Assembly: GCA_034669905.1 (NCBI GenBank)
Contig: JAXMOL010000004.1
Location: forward strand, 128,001 to 192,000
Direction: 5' to 3'
Source of the DNA: Candidatus Hydrogenedentota bacterium
GTDB taxonomy: Bacteria > Hydrogenedentota > Hydrogenedentia > Hydrogenedentales > JAEUWI01
DNA: 64,000 nucleotides
The position numbers and the translations under genes are program-made. This document shows, one piece after another, positions 60,793-64,000 of the stretch; position 1 is the stretch's first letter, and each line of letters opens with the position of its first letter. The notes under the pieces are model-generated. The model did no database searches. It saw nothing but the letters and a program-made list of their open reading frames with translations, and was not told the origin of the DNA.

Positions 60793-61124
60793 TCAACTAC
60801 CTTGGGTTAATGCTGCGGGTCGTAAGAACTGGGTTCGCCGGCACGGCATAGCCATACCGCATGTGTACACTGGGCCCCAACTCCCAGAAGTTACGTAAAG
60901 GATTCGAGATGCTTTGCCCCGGGACCCTTCAAAAAAACGAAGGGCGGACAGGTCAAAGCGAAGCGGTGATACCAACGGGATCACCCGGGTGTTTCGTTCG
61001 AGTGCACCCTGCCCCACGCAAGGCAACTCGTTGAAAACGGGGAATCGCGCGGCTATTCCAAGTGCGGGGCACCCGGAAATCTTGCCACCCGATTGTCAGA
61101 AAAACGCGGTGTTTCGGTTATGCT

Positions 61125-63032
61125 TCAGTTCACCACCTGGGGGACTTGCTGCTGCAGGAAGGCCAGCGCGCGACGAAACAGTCCGTCGGCGTCGAGGTCA
61201 TGGGCCGCCAACTGCTCGGCGCGGGTTGCTTGCGCACTGAAGACATCGGGAATACCGACACGATGGATACGCAACTCGTACAAGCGCCCGGCCCCTTCCA
61301 CATATTCCATGACGGCGGCACCAAAGCCACCATCCAACGTATTTTCTTCCACGGTGATCAACGGCCGATCCAGAAGGTCATCCACCATCGCGGTGTCCAG
61401 GGGCTTTATATGGCGGGCATCCACCACCCCCACGGAAAGTCCAGCCTCCGCCAGTTTATCCGAAGCATCCAGACAGGACTGGGCGCAGGGGCCGACCACC
61501 AGGAAATTGGCATCCGTGCCCTCGCGCAACACTTCGCCGCGGGCAATATCCCGCCCTTCGGCAGCGCCGATGGTGGGTGCCTTACCGCGCGCATAGCGAA
61601 TCGCCACGGGCCCATCCTGTTGGAGGGCCCACAACAGCATCTGGTGCGTGTCCACATCATCGCGGGGGGCCACTACCTGCAGGTCAGGCACACAACGGAG
61701 GAAAGAGATATCAAAGGTACCATTCTGCGTGGGACTGTCTTCGCCCACGAGACCGGAGCGGTCAATAGCAAAGACAACGGGCAGTTTCTGGATACACACA
61801 TCGTGGATCAACTGGTCATAGCCCCGCTGAAGAAAGGTCGAGTAAATTGCAGCAACCGGGCGTAGTCCCTTGGCAGCCATGCCAGCAGCCATGGTCACGG
61901 CGTGCTGTTCACAAATACCCACGTCGTAGAATCGATCGGGGTATTGCTCTTCGAAGGTGTTGAGCCCCGTACCCGTGGGCATGGCGGCCGTAATTCCAAC
62001 CACGCGCTCATCGGCAGCACCGGCTTCCAACATACCCGCCACGAATGCATCGGTAAAAGTGGTTGTAGGAGTCGACTTCGCCTCCGATTCGGCCGGTAAC
62101 GCGTCGCCTTCCTTCTCAGAGGGGCGCACCGCACGGGGAGAAACGCCGTGATACTTGAGCGGATCTTCTTCCGCCTGCTTGAGTCCTTTGCCCTTTTCGG
62201 TGCGGCAATGGAGCAGGATGGGGCCATGCATCTTCCGGATACTAGACAAGCACTCGATGAGCAGGGGGAGATCGTGGCCATCAACCGGGCCAATATAATT
62301 GATACCCAACTCCTGAAAAAGTGCGCCTTTGGTAATATAATTCTTAACCGACTTCTCGATATCCTGAATGGCCCGGGTCATGCGGTTGCCAATAATCTTC
62401 TTCACGAAGCTGCCGGCATCTTCCTTGGCACGCTTGTAGGGCTCCGCCACGATGAGGCGGTTGAAGTATTTGTTCAGGGCGCTGGCGTTGGGGGAAATCG
62501 ACATCTCGTTGTCATTCAGAATGACCAGCATGTCCAGGCCCAGGTGCCCGGCATGACTCAGTCCCTCGAGGGCCATGCCACCGGTAATGGCCCCATCGCC
62601 AATCAGCGCGACAACCCCATAGTCTTCCTTCAATTGGTCCCGGGCTACGGCCATGCCCACCGCCGCCGATATGGACGTGGAGGAGTGGCCGGTACCGAAG
62701 CAGTCGTATTCACTCTCGGAAATCTTCGGATAGCCACTGATTCCATCCTTTTTCCGGATGGTGTCAAAGACATCTCGACGACCGGTCAACAGTTTGTGGG
62801 GGTAGCACTGGTGGCCCACATCCCAAATCAACTGATCCCGTCCGATGTCATAAACATAGTGGAGGGCCAGGGTCAATTCAACGACCCCGAGCGGGGCGGA
62901 GAGGTGTCCACCGTTGTGATTCACCACATCTATAACGCGCTCGCGCATTTCGGTGGCCAACTCGGCCAACTCGTTGTGGGACAGAGACTTAATATCGTCG
63001 GGGGACTGTATGGAATCCAGAAAGGTCATCAT
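61125..63032 (-). CDS. dxs: 1-deoxy-D-xylulose-5-phosphate synthase
   Basis: GGHL, WDVGHQCYPHKLLTGR, GHSSTSISA, GDGA, NDNEMSIS, DVGICEQHA, YSTFLQR. Confidence 0.97.
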   Translation of the reverse strand: MMTFLDSIQSPDDIKSLSHNELAELATEMRERVIDVVNHNGGHLSAPLGVVELTLALHYVYDIGRDQLIWDVGHQCYPHKLLTGRRDVFDTIRKKDGISGYPKISESEYDCFGTGHSSTSISAAVGMAVARDQLKEDYGVVALIGDGAITGGMALEGLSHAGHLGLDMLVILNDNEMSISPNASALNKYFNRLIVAEPYKRAKEDAGSFVKKIIGNRMTRAIQDIEKSVKNYITKGALFQELGINYIGPVDGHDLPLLIECLSSIRKMHGPILLHCRTEKGKGLKQAEEDPLKYHGVSPRAVRPSEKEGDALPAESEAKSTPTTTFTDAFVAGMLEAGAADERVVGITAAMPTGTGLNTFEEQYPDRFYDVGICEQHAVTMAAGMAAKGLRPVAAIYSTFLQRGYDQLIHDVCIQKLPVVFAIDRSGLVGEDSPTQNGTFDISFLRCVPDLQVVAPRDDVDTHQMLLWALQQDGPVAIRYARGKAPTIGAAEGRDIARGEVLREGTDANFLVVGPCAQSCLDASDKLAEAGLSVGVVDARHIKPLDTAMVDDLLDRPLITVEENTLDGGFGAAVMEYVEGAGRLYELRIHRVGIPDVFSAQATRAEQLAAHDLDADGLFRRALAFLQQQVPQVVN

Positions 63033-63266
63033 CTAATCGCTATGTTCCGGGTGCGGCTCAACTCACTACCTACTTTATACCGCAAAGCACCGAAAAGTTT
63101 CGACGAAGGGGAAAGTGCCCGACGGGTCCGCCGGGAAGCCACCACGAACGTATAAGAATCGCAGTCCCTTACGTTGCCCGAGAGGCGCCAGAAAGACACT
63201 TCTGCCCATACGGTATTGTCGAAAAGTATAGCATACCTCGCCCTCCCGGCTCCACGACGGAGCCGC

Positions 63267-64000
63267 TCAGACGGGAAGGGGGAGGCGTTCCTTAACGAGT
63301 ACACCCGCTGCATCCCGTGGCAGGGCGGCCACCACTTCAAAACTTCGGGGACACTTATAGCCCGCCAGATTGGCCCGACAATAGCGTTTCAGCACTTTAT
63401 CCAGGTCCGTCGGCTCCCCTACAACCTCAATGAAAGCAAGGACTTCCTCACCCCGGACAGGGTCAGGCACCCCCACCACGGCGGCAGCCTTTACGGCGGG
63501 ATGTTCTTCCAGAACCAACTCGATTTCACGGGGATAAACGTTGAGTCCGGCCCGTATCAGCATATCCTTCTTCAGCCCCGTGAGATAGATATAGCCATCG
63601 GCATCCAGGTAGCCCCAATCTCCCGTGTGGAACCAGCCATTCTGAAGGGCAGCCGCATTGTGTTCGGGCTGCTTCCAATACCCCTTCATTATATTGTGGC
63701 CCCGAATTACGATTTCGCCCACCTCACCCGGCGGCAGGGTCTCGCCCTGTGCATCGACAGCCCGCACTTCACACCCCCACAGGGGCAGCCCCGCCGAGCC
63801 GATCCGGTTATCTGACTCGCTCATGTTGAAGGAAACGGCTGGACTCGTTTCGGTAAGGCCATAGCCTTCAAGAATGGTAACGCCAAAGCGCGCCTTAAAC
63901 CCTTGCAGCAAGGGGAGGAGCATAGGTGCGCCCCCGACCAGGGCCCGTTTTACCGACGTCATATCTATTTCCCGGTCTGACTTTGTCGCCAGCAGAAAAT
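63267..64000 (-). CDS. Long-chain fatty acid-CoA ligase family protein (5' end outside window)
   Basis: EGYGLTETSP, GEIVIRGHNIMKGY, WFHTGD, NVYPREIE. Confidence 0.9.
   Translation of the reverse strand, partial: FLLATKSDREIDMTSVKRALVGGAPMLLPLLQGFKARFGVTILEGYGLTETSPAVSFNMSESDNRIGSAGLPLWGCEVRAVDAQGETLPPGEVGEIVIRGHNIMKGYWKQPEHNAAALQNGWFHTGDWGYLDADGYIYLTGLKKDMLIRAGLNVYPREIELVLEEHPAVKAAAVVGVPDPVRGEEVLAFIEVVGEPTDLDKVLKRYCRANLAGYKCPRSFEVVAALPRDAAGVLVKERLPLPV

Noticed and set aside
60793..61124. Riboswitch in the 330-bp leader of sulP
   Set aside because: Several small hairpins are present but there is no recognisable aptamer consensus; a covariance search would be needed.

Overview
GC-rich, gene-dense chromosomal segment of a diderm bacterium. 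The Tat-exported sulfatase and Gfo/Idh/MocA protein, DUF1080 protein and large TolC/HlyD proteins suggest a Hydrogenedentota- or PVC-like lineage; this is an inference and was not tested. Most of the window is housekeeping: lon, tex, a dksA-like gene, lgt, ctpA-rph-rdgB-tsaC-rpiB-hslU-pgeF, rimP-nusA-infB-ylxP-rbfA/nrnA-truB-ribF, a TolC/HlyD/MacB exporter, nhaC, hemN-hemY, sulP and dxs. I found no rRNA, tRNA, CRISPR array, transposase or integrase. The most unusual region is the first 5 kb. (1) Ankyrin and ankyrin-SMI1/KNR4 immunity-type genes sit beside polX, and a decayed second copy of the polX 3' region lies between them, differing from polX mostly at synonymous sites. (2) An ~850 bp non-coding stretch holds several distinct ~30 bp inverted-repeat pairs built on one shared three-unit design. 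Other points of interest are an in-frame RbfA-NrnA fusion, a pentapeptide-repeat K+ channel coupled to an HDOD protein opposite an MscK-like channel, an hslU with no adjacent hslV, and a 1109-aa multidomain clan GH-A-like enzyme. All calls come from reading motifs by eye; no database searches were run.
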